This document shows positions 1-9,457 of a stretch of 64,000 bases of DNA, one piece after another; position 1 is the first letter of the stretch; each line of letters starts with the position of its first letter. Location of the stretch: positions 128,001 through 192,000 of the forward strand of contig CAWFQB010000014.1 of assembly GCA_963817895.1 (NCBI GenBank). The letters run 5' to 3'. The position numbers were made by a program, and so were the translations under genes. Source of the DNA: an uncultured Chthonomonadaceae bacterium. GTDB lineage: Bacteria > Armatimonadota > Chthonomonadetes > Chthonomonadales > Chthonomonadaceae. The notes under the pieces were generated by a model. The model searched no databases and was not told the origin of the DNA. It worked only from the letters and a program-made list of their open reading frames with translations.

Positions 1-375
1 GCGCGGCTTGTAAACAAGTTTATCGCCATGCGAGTTGTCGGCAGCCACGTAATGCACCTGCAAGATGTGGTCTGCGGTAAGATTTTTTACATGAAGTTGT
101 TCCAGAGCCGCAGGAACCATCTTCACAGGAAGGTGAAACAGGCGCGCGTAGCGAACTGCTACTTTCGGGTCCGACTTTACCTGCCGAACCAGAGCGGCTA
201 CGTTAGGCGAGGGTTGACGCAGAAATGCGCCCTGCGGCATGTGGGCAGATTCCTGCGCCTGATGAACGGATTGCGCGTTCGCCGCGTAACCACATAGACT
301 GATGCCCGCCAGCAGAAGTCCAATTCGACAGCCGAACGGAACCAGGCGTGAGCGGTAGGTGAATTCGCCTTTCAA
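1..375 (-). CDS. Secreted hypothetical protein, truncated by the window edge
   Basis: Read manually; not in the ORF track. TTG at 375 opens a frame with no stop to base 1: LKGEFTYRSRLVPFGCRIGLLLAGISLCGYAANA-QSVHQAQESAHMPQGAFLRQPSPNVAALVRQVKSDPKVAVRYARLF. It has a signal-peptide-like hydrophobic stretch ending in ANA. Confidence 0.7.
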   Translation of the reverse strand, partial: MKGEFTYRSRLVPFGCRIGLLLAGISLCGYAANAQSVHQAQESAHMPQGAFLRQPSPNVAALVRQVKSDPKVAVRYARLFHLPVKMVPAALEQLHVKNLTADHILQVHYVAADNSHGDKLVYKPR

Positions 376-676
376 TAGAGTACGTCCTTTGGTCTTCAAA
401 TTACTGCTAAAGTGACACAGCAGCCTGACTGCATCCAGACAAGCGCGAAGGCAGAATAAGTATCGGGAGATAAGAAACGGGACACACAGGAAGGAATACG
501 TGACTTTCCTCTGTTAGTATAGATTATACACTAAATTGTTCCCAAATCGTATCAAATTATCATTGGGAGAAAAAAAGCCGATATTGTTCGTAGAAACAGG
601 GAGAGACTTGTAAAGAGTTGGACTCGTCATAAAGGTATGTGGAACAACGCGCAGGGAAATAAAGGCGGAAGCAAGC

Positions 677-2149
677 ATGGAACGTCGCATTTACGGGATT
701 GAAACTGAGTTCGGATGTATGGTGCGCGATCCCTCCGTGGGAACGGCGGAAGAGGTCGTAGAGCAGGTGAAGGATCATGCGTTTTATGAGCGCAAGCTGG
801 GCGTGATTGATCTTCATGCGCGCGATTATGCGTTTGAGCCTGCCCGCGCCGGAGGGTTTCTGAAAAACGGCGGACGCCTGTACATAGACGCGGTTGGCAG
901 CCACGAGGAATACGCGACGGCGGAGTGCTGCGACCTGCTCGATCTGGTGCGCCATGACCGCGCGGGGCGCGCGCTGCTGGCGCAGTTGGTGGCCGAATTG
1001 AATCTGGAAGACGCGGTTAGTTTTCACAACAACAGCATTGACCATTTTGGCGGGCATACATTCGGCTGTCACGAGAATTATCTGGTGCAGATCGAAGACC
1101 GGTTTTTCACGGACGCGCTCTCCTATCTATTGCCGTTTCTGGTGACGCGCCAGATTTTCGCGGGTATCGGGCGCGTGGGGGGACATCGCCTGACGCGGCC
1201 TTCAAGCAAAAACAACATCATGACTCTGGGCGAGCATGAGGTGGATTATGTGTGGGTGTCGAACTTCTACGGCGTGGAGATTGATCCAAGCGTGGATTTT
1301 CAACTGAGCCAGCGCGCCGACCATATCGTAAAGACCATCAGTTCGCGTGTGCGCTTTAATCGCGCTATTATCAATCCCAAGTGGGACAGCTATTATTCGT
1401 ACAGCAACCTGCACCGTCTGCATATTCTGTTTGGCGAAAGCAATATGAGCGAGTACGCTTGCATGTTGAAGGTTGGCACGACGAGTTTGGTGCTGGATTT
1501 GATTGAAGAGGGCGCGGTTCCGCCGGATGTGGAGGTTGCCGACCCGCTGGAAACGTTGCGCTCCGTATCGCGCGACCCGACGATGAAATGGCCGGTAAAG
1601 ATGCGCAACGGCAAGGTGATTTCCGCCATAGATTTACAGCGGCGGTATCTGGACGCGGCGAAAAGGTATCTGCACCGTAAAGACCCGCAAACCGATATGG
1701 TACTGGGGGAGTGGGAAACTATTCTCAACGATCTGGAACAGGACCCGCTTTCCACATCGGATCGGCTGGACTGGTCCGCCAAGAAAACGCTGTATCAGCA
1801 ATATATTGATGAAACCGGCGGCAAATGGCAGGACGACATCATGCAATCGCTGGATTTGGAGTACCATAATATCAGTCCGAGCGCAGGGTTGTTTTACGGA
1901 CTGGAACAATCGGGGGCCATGCGCCGCCTGATTACGGATGAGCAGGTGGAACACGCGATTACCAGTCCGCCGGAAAACACTCGCGCATTGGGAAGGGGCC
2001 AGATCGTGGCGCAACTGATTAACAAGCCGGGTACGCGCTACGTCATAGATTGGGATGCCGTTTACATCGAGCGCAACCGCCAACTGGATTTGAAAAACCC
2101 CTTCCATACGTATGAAAAAGAGGCTGTCCGCTTTCTGCGGGGAGTTTGA
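677..2149 (+). CDS. pafA: Pup/UBact-protein ligase (PafA/Dop family, PafA-like)
   Basis: 490 aa with motifs RRIYGIETEFG, FLKNGGRLYID..GSHEEYATAEC, GCHENYL, FQLSQRADH, RLHILFGESNMSE, DLEYH, PPENTRALGRG and LKNPF. GCHENY and the N-terminus fit PafA better than Dop. Confidence 0.88.
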   Translation: MERRIYGIETEFGCMVRDPSVGTAEEVVEQVKDHAFYERKLGVIDLHARDYAFEPARAGGFLKNGGRLYIDAVGSHEEYATAECCDLLDLVRHDRAGRALLAQLVAELNLEDAVSFHNNSIDHFGGHTFGCHENYLVQIEDRFFTDALSYLLPFLVTRQIFAGIGRVGGHRLTRPSSKNNIMTLGEHEVDYVWVSNFYGVEIDPSVDFQLSQRADHIVKTISSRVRFNRAIINPKWDSYYSYSNLHRLHILFGESNMSEYACMLKVGTTSLVLDLIEEGAVPPDVEVADPLETLRSVSRDPTMKWPVKMRNGKVISAIDLQRRYLDAAKRYLHRKDPQTDMVLGEWETILNDLEQDPLSTSDRLDWSAKKTLYQQYIDETGGKWQDDIMQSLDLEYHNISPSAGLFYGLEQSGAMRRLITDEQVEHAITSPPENTRALGRGQIVAQLINKPGTRYVIDWDAVYIERNRQLDLKNPFHTYEKEAVRFLRGV

Positions 2150-2165
2150 AGCAAAGGTGTAGCGT

Positions 2166-2579
2166 ATGAATAGAAACGATTTCAAGGCGATTGCCCGATT
2201 GCGACAACGCGAGGCAAAGGCATTGCTGTCAAGCAGAAACCATTCCGGCGCGTACTATCTGGCCGGGTATGTTGTCGAATGCGGTTTGAAAGCCTGTATC
2301 GCAAAGAAGACTCGGCGATTTGACTTCCCGGATAAGAAACTGGTTAATGACAGTTACACGCATGATCTAGCACTCTTAATCAAACATGCAGGTCTAAAGC
2401 CCATGTTTGATGCTGCAAAAGCAGCGGACAGTTATTTGGAAGTGAACTGGCGAGTTGTTCAGGATTGGTCGGAACAAAGTCGGTATGAGAGGCAAAATCG
2501 CAGTGAAGCGGAGGATTTGTATAACGCGATTAGTGACCCTACGCATGGAGTATTACAATGGCTGGAACGTTACTGGTGA
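2166..2579 (+). CDS. HEPN-domain protein
   Basis: 137 aa with the HEPN-type pattern AYYLAGYVVECGLKACI...YTHDL...W..QSRY. Confidence 0.8.
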   Translation: MNRNDFKAIARLRQREAKALLSSRNHSGAYYLAGYVVECGLKACIAKKTRRFDFPDKKLVNDSYTHDLALLIKHAGLKPMFDAAKAADSYLEVNWRVVQDWSEQSRYERQNRSEAEDLYNAISDPTHGVLQWLERYW

Positions 2580-2941
2580 GGTTTCCTCTGGAGGCTGGCA
2601 GTCGTTTGATTGCAGAGTTAGATGCATTGAATTTTTCAATCAAAGCCGCATTATGGCTCTACAAACCTGAAATGGACTCTTGGGAACTTATAATTGCCAC
2701 ACCGTTGGTTGGTAAGTTAGGCCCGCTGAAAACATACGAAAAATTACGCTCGGTACTGAAAGGTTTTGGACCTCAATTTGACATCACTTTGGATGATGTG
2801 ACTGTGGTAAAGCCTAGCAGTAATTTGATTCGTTCTCTGCGTGATACGGTTCGAGTTGCTGTAGGTGATCAGGGCGTTCGATTGCGCAGAAACGCATTGC
2901 CGGACGCGCCAGAAGATACATACATCTATCGAATGCTGTAA
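2558..2941 (+). CDS. Hypothetical protein, probable partner (antitoxin-like) of the HEPN gene
   Basis: 127 aa, overlaps the HEPN gene end by 22 nt and is visibly AT-richer than its neighbours. Motif AALWLY....WELIIATP.V...GP..TY. Confidence 0.6.
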   Translation: MAGTLLVRFPLEAGSRLIAELDALNFSIKAALWLYKPEMDSWELIIATPLVGKLGPLKTYEKLRSVLKGFGPQFDITLDDVTVVKPSSNLIRSLRDTVRVAVGDQGVRLRRNALPDAPEDTYIYRML

Positions 2942-3072
2942 ATTATGATACTCGTCCTAAATATTTCTCGCGTCGAGCTTTTTTGCTGCATGGTCCACAT
3001 CTGAGTACGAAGCGCGAAACCCATAAGTAGCGCGTGACGTATCGAAATGAAAGGTGAGCAAGTGGGGCAGGA

Positions 3073-3606
3073 ATGAATGTCACCATACACCGCGCTTTTC
3101 TTGGGATGGGTTCTAGTTTGGGCAATCGAAAGGCGCGTTTGCAGATGGCTTTAGATGGTTTGACGAGCGCGACGGGGAGTACGCGCGTTCTGGCGGTGTC
3201 GCCGTTGTACGAATCGCCGCATTTGGGATTGCAGCCGGAAGATGAGCAGAGGTATCCGGCGCATCTGAATTGTGTCGCGATTGTGGAAACAACACTAACG
3301 CCTATGGAATTGTTGCATCTGGTTCAGGAGATTGAAACGCAGGGGCAACGGCAGCGAACGGAACGCTGGGGGCCACGCACGATTGACATTGATTTGCTGC
3401 TTTATGACGCTGAGACAATGCAATCTGAAGTTCTGACACTCCCGCATCCTGAAATGAAGAGGCGGGCGTTTGTGCTGAAGCCTCTTTTTGATCTGGTTCC
3501 TGACCTTATTTTCCCGGACGAGCAGCCGCTGCGGGAACTGCTTCACTCCGACATCATACGCGCGCAACCGATTGAGCGGGTACAAGACGATGAACTATTT
3601 ATATGA
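3073..3606 (+). CDS. folK: 2-amino-4-hydroxy-6-hydroxymethyldihydropteridine pyrophosphokinase
   Basis: Motifs AFLGMGSSLG, SPLYES, RWGPRTIDIDLL and LPHPEMKRRAFVLKPL. Confidence 0.95.
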   Translation: MNVTIHRAFLGMGSSLGNRKARLQMALDGLTSATGSTRVLAVSPLYESPHLGLQPEDEQRYPAHLNCVAIVETTLTPMELLHLVQEIETQGQRQRTERWGPRTIDIDLLLYDAETMQSEVLTLPHPEMKRRAFVLKPLFDLVPDLIFPDEQPLRELLHSDIIRAQPIERVQDDELFI

Positions 3607-5174
3607 GGCCGTAGATGAGCAGGGCTTGCCCGTCTTCGGTAAAATCGAAGCGAAAACAGAAGCGGAAGCGCAGCGCGAATTACAGCAGCGCGGCCTGCGC
3701 CCACAGTCGCTTGCGCCGTCAGGAGGAAACAGAGAACAGGGGACAGGTAACAGGGAGGAATACGTAAGCCCGCTTCTCAATCCACAATCCACAATCCACA
3801 ATCGGCAATCGGCAATCGGCAATCAAACCACCCAATACCCATCCGTTCAGGATAGAATGAATGTCAATCCGGCGATGCAGGAGGTGACGAGTATCGGCAC
3901 GGTGGCGGCTGCGCCGCGTCCAGTTCGCATGACGGTGGCGACGGCAAGCGCGCCGGTTGCGGAACAAAAGGCGAAGGTCGGCAATATTACGCTGGCGGGC
4001 AATGCGGCGAAGAGTGCAGGCGCGGGCGACGCAAACGAAAGCCGCTTCCACAGACACGTCCGGGCGTAACGACGCAGGCGGAGCAGGCTTCCGATCTGGG
4101 CGGCGTGAAAACGCGCGATTTGCAGTTTTTTTTCCGGCAGTTTTCCAGTTTCAGCCACAGCGGTATCACGATATTCAGCGCGTTGGAAAATCTGGGGTCG
4201 CGCACTCCCAATCCCAATCTGGCGCTCACGGCGCGGGAAATGAGCGAGGTGGCGCGAAGCGGCGGCATGATTTCCGACGTGATGAAGAAGTACCCGCGCA
4301 TCTACCCGGAGCATGTGACCGGCATGGTGCTGGCGGGCGAAACCGGCGGCTTTATAGACATCGCGCTTGCCGAAATCGCGGATGGGTACGACGCCAATAT
4401 CAAACTATATCGGGGGGCATGGCTGCCCAAAACAATGGCGATACAGGCGTTTTTGATGCTGCCCATTTGTAATTCCGCTATTTCCCATTCTGTTCCGGAG
4501 TTTTGATTTTCACGCCAATCTCGTCGCCTATTTCAAAGTGTTGATGTTTATCAGCCTGCCGATCAGTCTTGCGCTGATGGCGATTGGTAATTTTTGCCGG
4601 ACGGACGCTGCAATTGCCGCAGTATCGGTATTTACGCGATAGCTGGTCGCTGAAGATTCCCGCGTTCGGGAATTTGCAGCGCGAAGTGGCGGTTCGGAAT
4701 TTTCTGCGGATGCTGCGGCGTTTGTATCATGCCGGGGTCGCGCCGATTCATGCGTGGGAAGGCGCGATGAACACGGCAAGCAACGTCGTGGTTCGCGATC
4801 AGCTTGCGCGTTCGTATGAGCTGATGCAGTCGGGCGCGAGTTTGCCGGAAGCGTTTCAGGCGACGGGATTGTTTGCCAATCAGGTGGAACAGATGGTGTT
4901 TACGGGGCAACAGTCGGGGCAGGTTATGGAGATGCTGGATCAGGCGCAGGCGTATTATGAAGAAAAGGTGGAGATCGCCACCGGCAAAGCGCGTTTTATG
5001 ATGTTTCGGATTGGACTGCTTGCGATGTTGATTTTCGGCGGCGGGGCTTTGATATGGATGATGCATAGTTATTACGCTGCCGTATTTCATGTCGTGGAGA
5101 CGGAAGTAGGCGGAATAGCGATGGACTGCGGGAGCGGGGACGGAGACAAGCATCATGCCGCAGTTTACCTATAG
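3590..5174 (+). CDS. Type II secretion F / PilC-family platform protein, copy 1 (several indels)
   Basis: ATG at 3590 gives MNYLYEAVDEQG..VFGKIEA, a PilC-like N-terminus. Fragments 4105-4506 (FFRQFSS...GETGG) and 4584-5174 (KIPAFG..RMLRRLYHAGV..GQQSG) are the two T2SSF domains. Confidence 0.8.
3728..3824. repeat. 7-bp tandem repeat arrays inside the pilC-like linker
   Basis: AACAGAG AACAGGG GACAGGT AACAGGG, then (CAATCCA)x3 (CAATCGG)x3. Translated in frame as NREQGTGNRE and NPQSTIHNRQSAIGNQ. Confidence 0.85.
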
Positions 5175-6892
5175 CGCGACGGACACGACGGGAAATGTCA
5201 TCGAGGGGATGGTTTCTGCCAATGATATGATGGTGGCCGCCGATCAGGTGCGCCGCATGGGCTATACGCCCGTCCGCGTGGAGGTCACGGAGGGCGCGTT
5301 TCCCTCAACACGCCCGCTCACACCGACAGTAAATAGTGGTCAGGGGCCAGTGGTCAGTGGTCAGGGTATGCAAACTGCGCTGCTCAACCCCGAAGTCGAG
5401 TACCAACCCCCAACCCCGCAACGCTCCCGCCGTTCTTGATTTGAGCCAGATGTACGCGACGCCGGAGGCTACGGCGAACACGCTGAATACGCTGCTGGCT
5501 CCGACGCTTACGGCCCCGGCAGAACTGACGACTGCGCCGGGGCGGATGATGGAACCCTGGGAACGCAGCGTGGCGGCGAGTGGGGCGACAGGTCAGGAAT
5601 TGACCGCGCCGGAAACCGTTGGCGAGAACATGCAGAGTGTGGGCGCGGCGAATGTGGCGAGTACCAGTCTGACGAACGCGCCGGTGACAAGTTCTGCCAC
5701 ATTGAACGCGTCAGGGCAACTGGTAACGGGCGCGAGGGTTCAGGGGCGCGAGGGTATCCGTATCCCCTACGGCGCGGGTATCACGCGGGATTCCGGCACA
5801 TGGCAGCGGTTTGTGGAGATGTTCGTTTATCCGATCCGTTCCGGGGTCGTGCTGAAAGAACTCGCGCCGTATCTGCGCCAGTTCGCCACGCTGATTAATG
5901 CCGGACTGCCGCTGTATCAATCGCTGGTCGCGCTGGAAAGCAATACGCCCAATCCAAGACTGAAGGAGATCACGCGAGAAGCGCAGCGGCAGGTACAGGC
6001 GGGCGGCAAATTCTCCGATGTTATGGCGGCTTACCCCTGGATTTTTCAGCCGATGCAGGTGGCGATGGTGCGGGCGGCGGAACAGGGCGGTATGCTGGAT
6101 GTGACGCTGAAGCAGATCGCGGATTATGTAGACCACGATCTGGAAATCCGGCGTTTAATCAGCCGCGAAACTTTGTACCCGAAAATAACCATGTTTATCG
6201 CGGTGATGATCTTAGGCAGCCATGGGTTTGTGGGAGGCATGCCGGCCATTGCAAAGTTAATCGTGGGCGGCATGGGTGGAGCAACTTATACCGTGGGGAA
6301 CTACCTTTCCGAAACGGTAGGCTTCGCGTTGATGTTTGCCATTCCGGTTGTTGTAGCTTCCATCGTGTGCAGGCTGTTTTTGTTCAATGTTGCGGGTGTG
6401 CGCGAGGGTTACGACTCGTTCAAGATGGCGATACCGGTGATAGGCAATATTTCGCGCATGTTCGCGACCGCCAAGTTTGCCCGCACATATGCCGCCCTTT
6501 ATCATGGCGGATTCGCCGCAAGTACGGCTCTGGAAATTGCCGGGGATGCCAGCGGCAATGCCGTAATGCGTCGGGCGGCCATAAACGCCATACCTGAAGT
6601 GGAAAAGGGCGGGCTGGTATCAGTTGGATTGGCGCGATCCTCGGCGTTTCCACCCATGGCGTTGGATATGCTGCGCACGGGCGAAACAACCGGCGCGCTG
6701 GATCAGATGCTCGACAGCGTGGCGGATTATTACGAGGCGGAAGGCAAGCAAAAAGCCCATCAGGGCGCAATGATTTTCGGCGTGGTTGTGTTCCTGATCG
6801 TGGCGGTGATTGTTGGCAACGCGATCATTCATCTGTATATGGGCATGGCGCAGCAGAGTACAACCGTACCCGATGATGGACATGGGGATTAG
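5155..6892 (+). CDS. Type II secretion F / PilC-family platform protein, copy 2 (one indel near 5400-5440)
   Basis: N-terminus MPQFTYSATDTTG (5155-5439). ORF 5336-6892 carries RQFATLINAGLPL, AAEQGGML, LYPKI, IPVIG and TGETTGALD. A 7-bp repeat (AGTGGTC) at 5335-5365 lies in the linker. Confidence 0.85.
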
Positions 6893-6893
6893 T

Positions 6894-6941
6894 CCTCAAC
6901 CCCCCGGCCCCCTTCTCCCAAAAAAGCCTGGGAGAAGGGGG
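6894..6941. repeat. Intergenic palindromic repeat, family A (REP-like)
   Basis: CCTCAACCCCCCGGCCCCCTTCTCCC-AAAAAAGCCT-GGGAGAAGGGG. Near-identical copies at 39926-39990, 46253-46298, 54065-54110 and 58023-58051. Confidence 0.9.
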
Positions 6942-6997
6942 AGCATTTCAATCAAAGTTTTGCGCGTTCAGGCTTTATTCAGCGTCGAAAGCGGTAG

Positions 6998-8419
6998 ATG
7001 AGCAGTTCCAGCAAAGACTATTATGCCATAATGGGGTTGAACGCGCAGGCGGGCGGGGACGAGATCAAGAAGCGTTACCGGGAACTGGCGCGGCGTTATC
7101 ATCCCGATGTAAACCCCAAACCGGAAGCCGCGCAGAAGATCAAGGAGATCAACGAGGCGTATTCCGTGCTTGGGGATGCGGAACGCCGCGCTTCTTATGA
7201 TGGCGACCGAGTTTTTGAGGCGCGAATGGCGGCTTCGTCTGCTGCCACTCCCACTTCTGCGCCACGCGCCGCAACGCCTTCACAGCCGCCGCGCCCTGCC
7301 GCCAATACAAATCGGGCAGGAGGAGCGCGGCCTGTTCGCCCGACTCCGCCACCCAATCGCGCCGGAAGTTCGTATAACAGAAATCCATCAAATGTCGCGG
7401 ACACGGATTGGGACTCGCTGCTGTATGGACGGCGGCAGGGGGATACGAACTCGCGTCCCCGCGCCGCAACAGGCCCGACTCGCCCGGAACCCGCGCCGAC
7501 ATTTGAACAGGCGGAGGCTGCCGCCAACCGGGACCGGGCTGCCGCGCAGCGCAAAGCCAATGAGCGGGCGGGGGACATAAAGCGGCTGGTGGGGGAAGCG
7601 CAACTTGCTTTTATCAATCGCAGGTATGCTGAAGCGGAAGATTTCAGTCGGCAGGTGATTCGTCTGGATAATCGCAACGCGATGGCGTATGAACTACTGG
7701 GCGATGTGGCTCGCAAGCAGGGCAATACGGACGCGGCGATACAGGCATATACGCTGGCCGTGCAGTTGAACCCGCGCAATCAGAGCGTACAGGCAAATTT
7801 AGACCGATTGATGGGCGTTGGCGGCAAAATGGCGTCTCATGGCCCAACTCTTGCCCGAACGCCGCATGTGCCACTGGCGCAGCGCGTGAGCAGCGACGCC
7901 CTTGTGAACGGCGTGGGCGCGGCGTCGCTGGTGGGATTGGGCGGCTGTCTTGGCGCGTTCACTATGTTTCCGGGTACGGGACTTATTTTAGGGCTATCGC
8001 TGAATCTGCTGTTTGCGCTGGTGGTTTGCGGCGCGCTTGGCGGCGTGTTGCTTGCGCTGTATGGCGGTATGAGGCCGCAGGCGCAGGAACTGGCGGGGCG
8101 GCGGGATGGGCGCAGTCCCGTGCCGCTGAACAGCGTCCTTGCTTTGCTGTCGCTGGTGTGGTTTTTTGTATCCTTGCTGGCGTACGTTGTGGTAAGCATT
8201 ACCCAAAATCGCGTATCGGCGTCCGTGCTGCGGGCGTATGGGCTGGCATTGCTGCTGAATGTTGTTTTTATCCTGCTGTATCATCCTGTGGAGGGTTTGT
8301 CGGATGGCGGGGTCAGCGTTCCCACGGCGATGTTTGCCGGAAACTTGCTGTTCCCCTCTATTTTGTTTGGCTGGAAGATTGGGGATACGCTGCGGCTGGG
8401 ACGCTACGGGAGAGATTAA
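6998..8419 (+). CDS. DnaJ-domain, TPR and multi-TM membrane protein
   Basis: J-domain with HPD (RYHPDVN...INEAYSVL), a Pro/Ala linker, TPR-like helices (AYELLGDV..AIQAYTLAVQLNP) and about five C-terminal hydrophobic segments. Confidence 0.88.
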   Translation: MSSSSKDYYAIMGLNAQAGGDEIKKRYRELARRYHPDVNPKPEAAQKIKEINEAYSVLGDAERRASYDGDRVFEARMAASSAATPTSAPRAATPSQPPRPAANTNRAGGARPVRPTPPPNRAGSSYNRNPSNVADTDWDSLLYGRRQGDTNSRPRAATGPTRPEPAPTFEQAEAAANRDRAAAQRKANERAGDIKRLVGEAQLAFINRRYAEAEDFSRQVIRLDNRNAMAYELLGDVARKQGNTDAAIQAYTLAVQLNPRNQSVQANLDRLMGVGGKMASHGPTLARTPHVPLAQRVSSDALVNGVGAASLVGLGGCLGAFTMFPGTGLILGLSLNLLFALVVCGALGGVLLALYGGMRPQAQELAGRRDGRSPVPLNSVLALLSLVWFFVSLLAYVVVSITQNRVSASVLRAYGLALLLNVVFILLYHPVEGLSDGGVSVPTAMFAGNLLFPSILFGWKIGDTLRLGRYGRD

Positions 8420-9457
8420 ATGGCGAACAATATGGGAAAGGCCATTGACACCGTGCCGTTGTTCGACCCAAACGACGGCATGATTGTCCGCGCGCCGTTG
8501 GGAGAGGGCGCGGGATGGTGGGCGGGCGCGCCGGGCGCGAGTTTCGATGCCGCAACGAACACTTTTTATCTTGTCTACCGCCTGCGGCAACCCCGCGAGT
8601 TGGGCCGGGGCGTGGAATGCCGAATTGCGGCAAGCGACAATGGCGTGACATTCAAGGATATATGGGCGCTGCCGAAAACTTCGCTTGCCGCGCTGTCGCT
8701 GGAGCGTTCCAGTCTGCTGCGCGGGCTGGATGGCAGGTGGCGGCTGTATCTGAGTTATGTCAGCGAAGAGGATCAGAAGTGGCGCATCAGCCTGCTGGAA
8801 GCGGACGAGCCGGACGGTTTTGATCTGCACAATCTGCAAGTCGTAATGACGCCGGACGCGATAGGGGCGGAGGGCGTGAAAGACCCCAACGTCATACTGA
8901 TTGGCAGGATGTACTACATGCTGGTCAGTTACGCGACCCGGGTAAGCGATCTGCCGGTGGCAGCGCAGCAGAATAGACATGCGACGGGCGATATTTACAA
9001 TACCGGGCTGACCTTATCGCGAACGGGCGCGGCTGTGAGCGGCGATGGACGGCATTTTCAGTGGCTTGGAGATGTTTCGCCCGTGTCAAATCCGCTGCTC
9101 ACTGGCGGCTACAGCATCGAAACTCCCGGTGTGGCTGTCGCGCCCGCATGGGATGGATACTGTCGCCGTATTGGAGCCGTATTGCCGCTGGATACAGGCG
9201 GGTATCTGGCCTTTTATGATGGCAGCGCGTCCGTATCGGAAAACTATGAGGAGCGTACCGGGCTGGCGCACTCGTTCGATTTACGAACGTTTTACTCGCT
9301 TTCCCCTGTCGGTCCCGCGCTGGTTTCGCCCCATGCAAGCGGCAGCCTGCGCTATGTGGACGCGCTTCCGGTGGGACACGAGTTATTCTATTATTATGAA
9401 GTCGCTACGCCGGATGGTTCGCATGAACTGCGCGTCAGCGTCGTGGAGCAGGATTGA
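8420..9457 (+). CDS. Probable five-bladed beta-propeller glycoside hydrolase-like protein
   Basis: Repeating propeller-type segments WAGAPG..FYLVYR, ASDNGVTF, VKDPNV...YYMLVSY, SGDGRHF and SLRYVD. Confidence 0.6.
   Translation: MANNMGKAIDTVPLFDPNDGMIVRAPLGEGAGWWAGAPGASFDAATNTFYLVYRLRQPRELGRGVECRIAASDNGVTFKDIWALPKTSLAALSLERSSLLRGLDGRWRLYLSYVSEEDQKWRISLLEADEPDGFDLHNLQVVMTPDAIGAEGVKDPNVILIGRMYYMLVSYATRVSDLPVAAQQNRHATGDIYNTGLTLSRTGAAVSGDGRHFQWLGDVSPVSNPLLTGGYSIETPGVAVAPAWDGYCRRIGAVLPLDTGGYLAFYDGSASVSENYEERTGLAHSFDLRTFYSLSPVGPALVSPHASGSLRYVDALPVGHELFYYYEVATPDGSHELRVSVVEQD

Noticed and set aside
400..676. A small Pup/UBact ORF upstream of pafA
   Set aside because: I found no plus-strand ORF of suitable length ending in GGE/GGQ or GE/GQ. 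The region looks like a divergent promoter region.
2166..2579. The HEPN protein as the nuclease countered by the tRNA/RNA-ligase module
   Set aside because: It is 20 kb away with no sequence evidence of linkage. HEPN cleavage ends (2',3'-cyclic phosphate and 5'-OH) are not direct substrates for an Rnl5-type ligase.
7994..8980. Long antisense ORFs (for example 7994-8980, 47754-48488, 62939-63982)
   Set aside because: They are shadows of well-supported genes on the opposite strand in GC-rich DNA and have no recognisable motifs.
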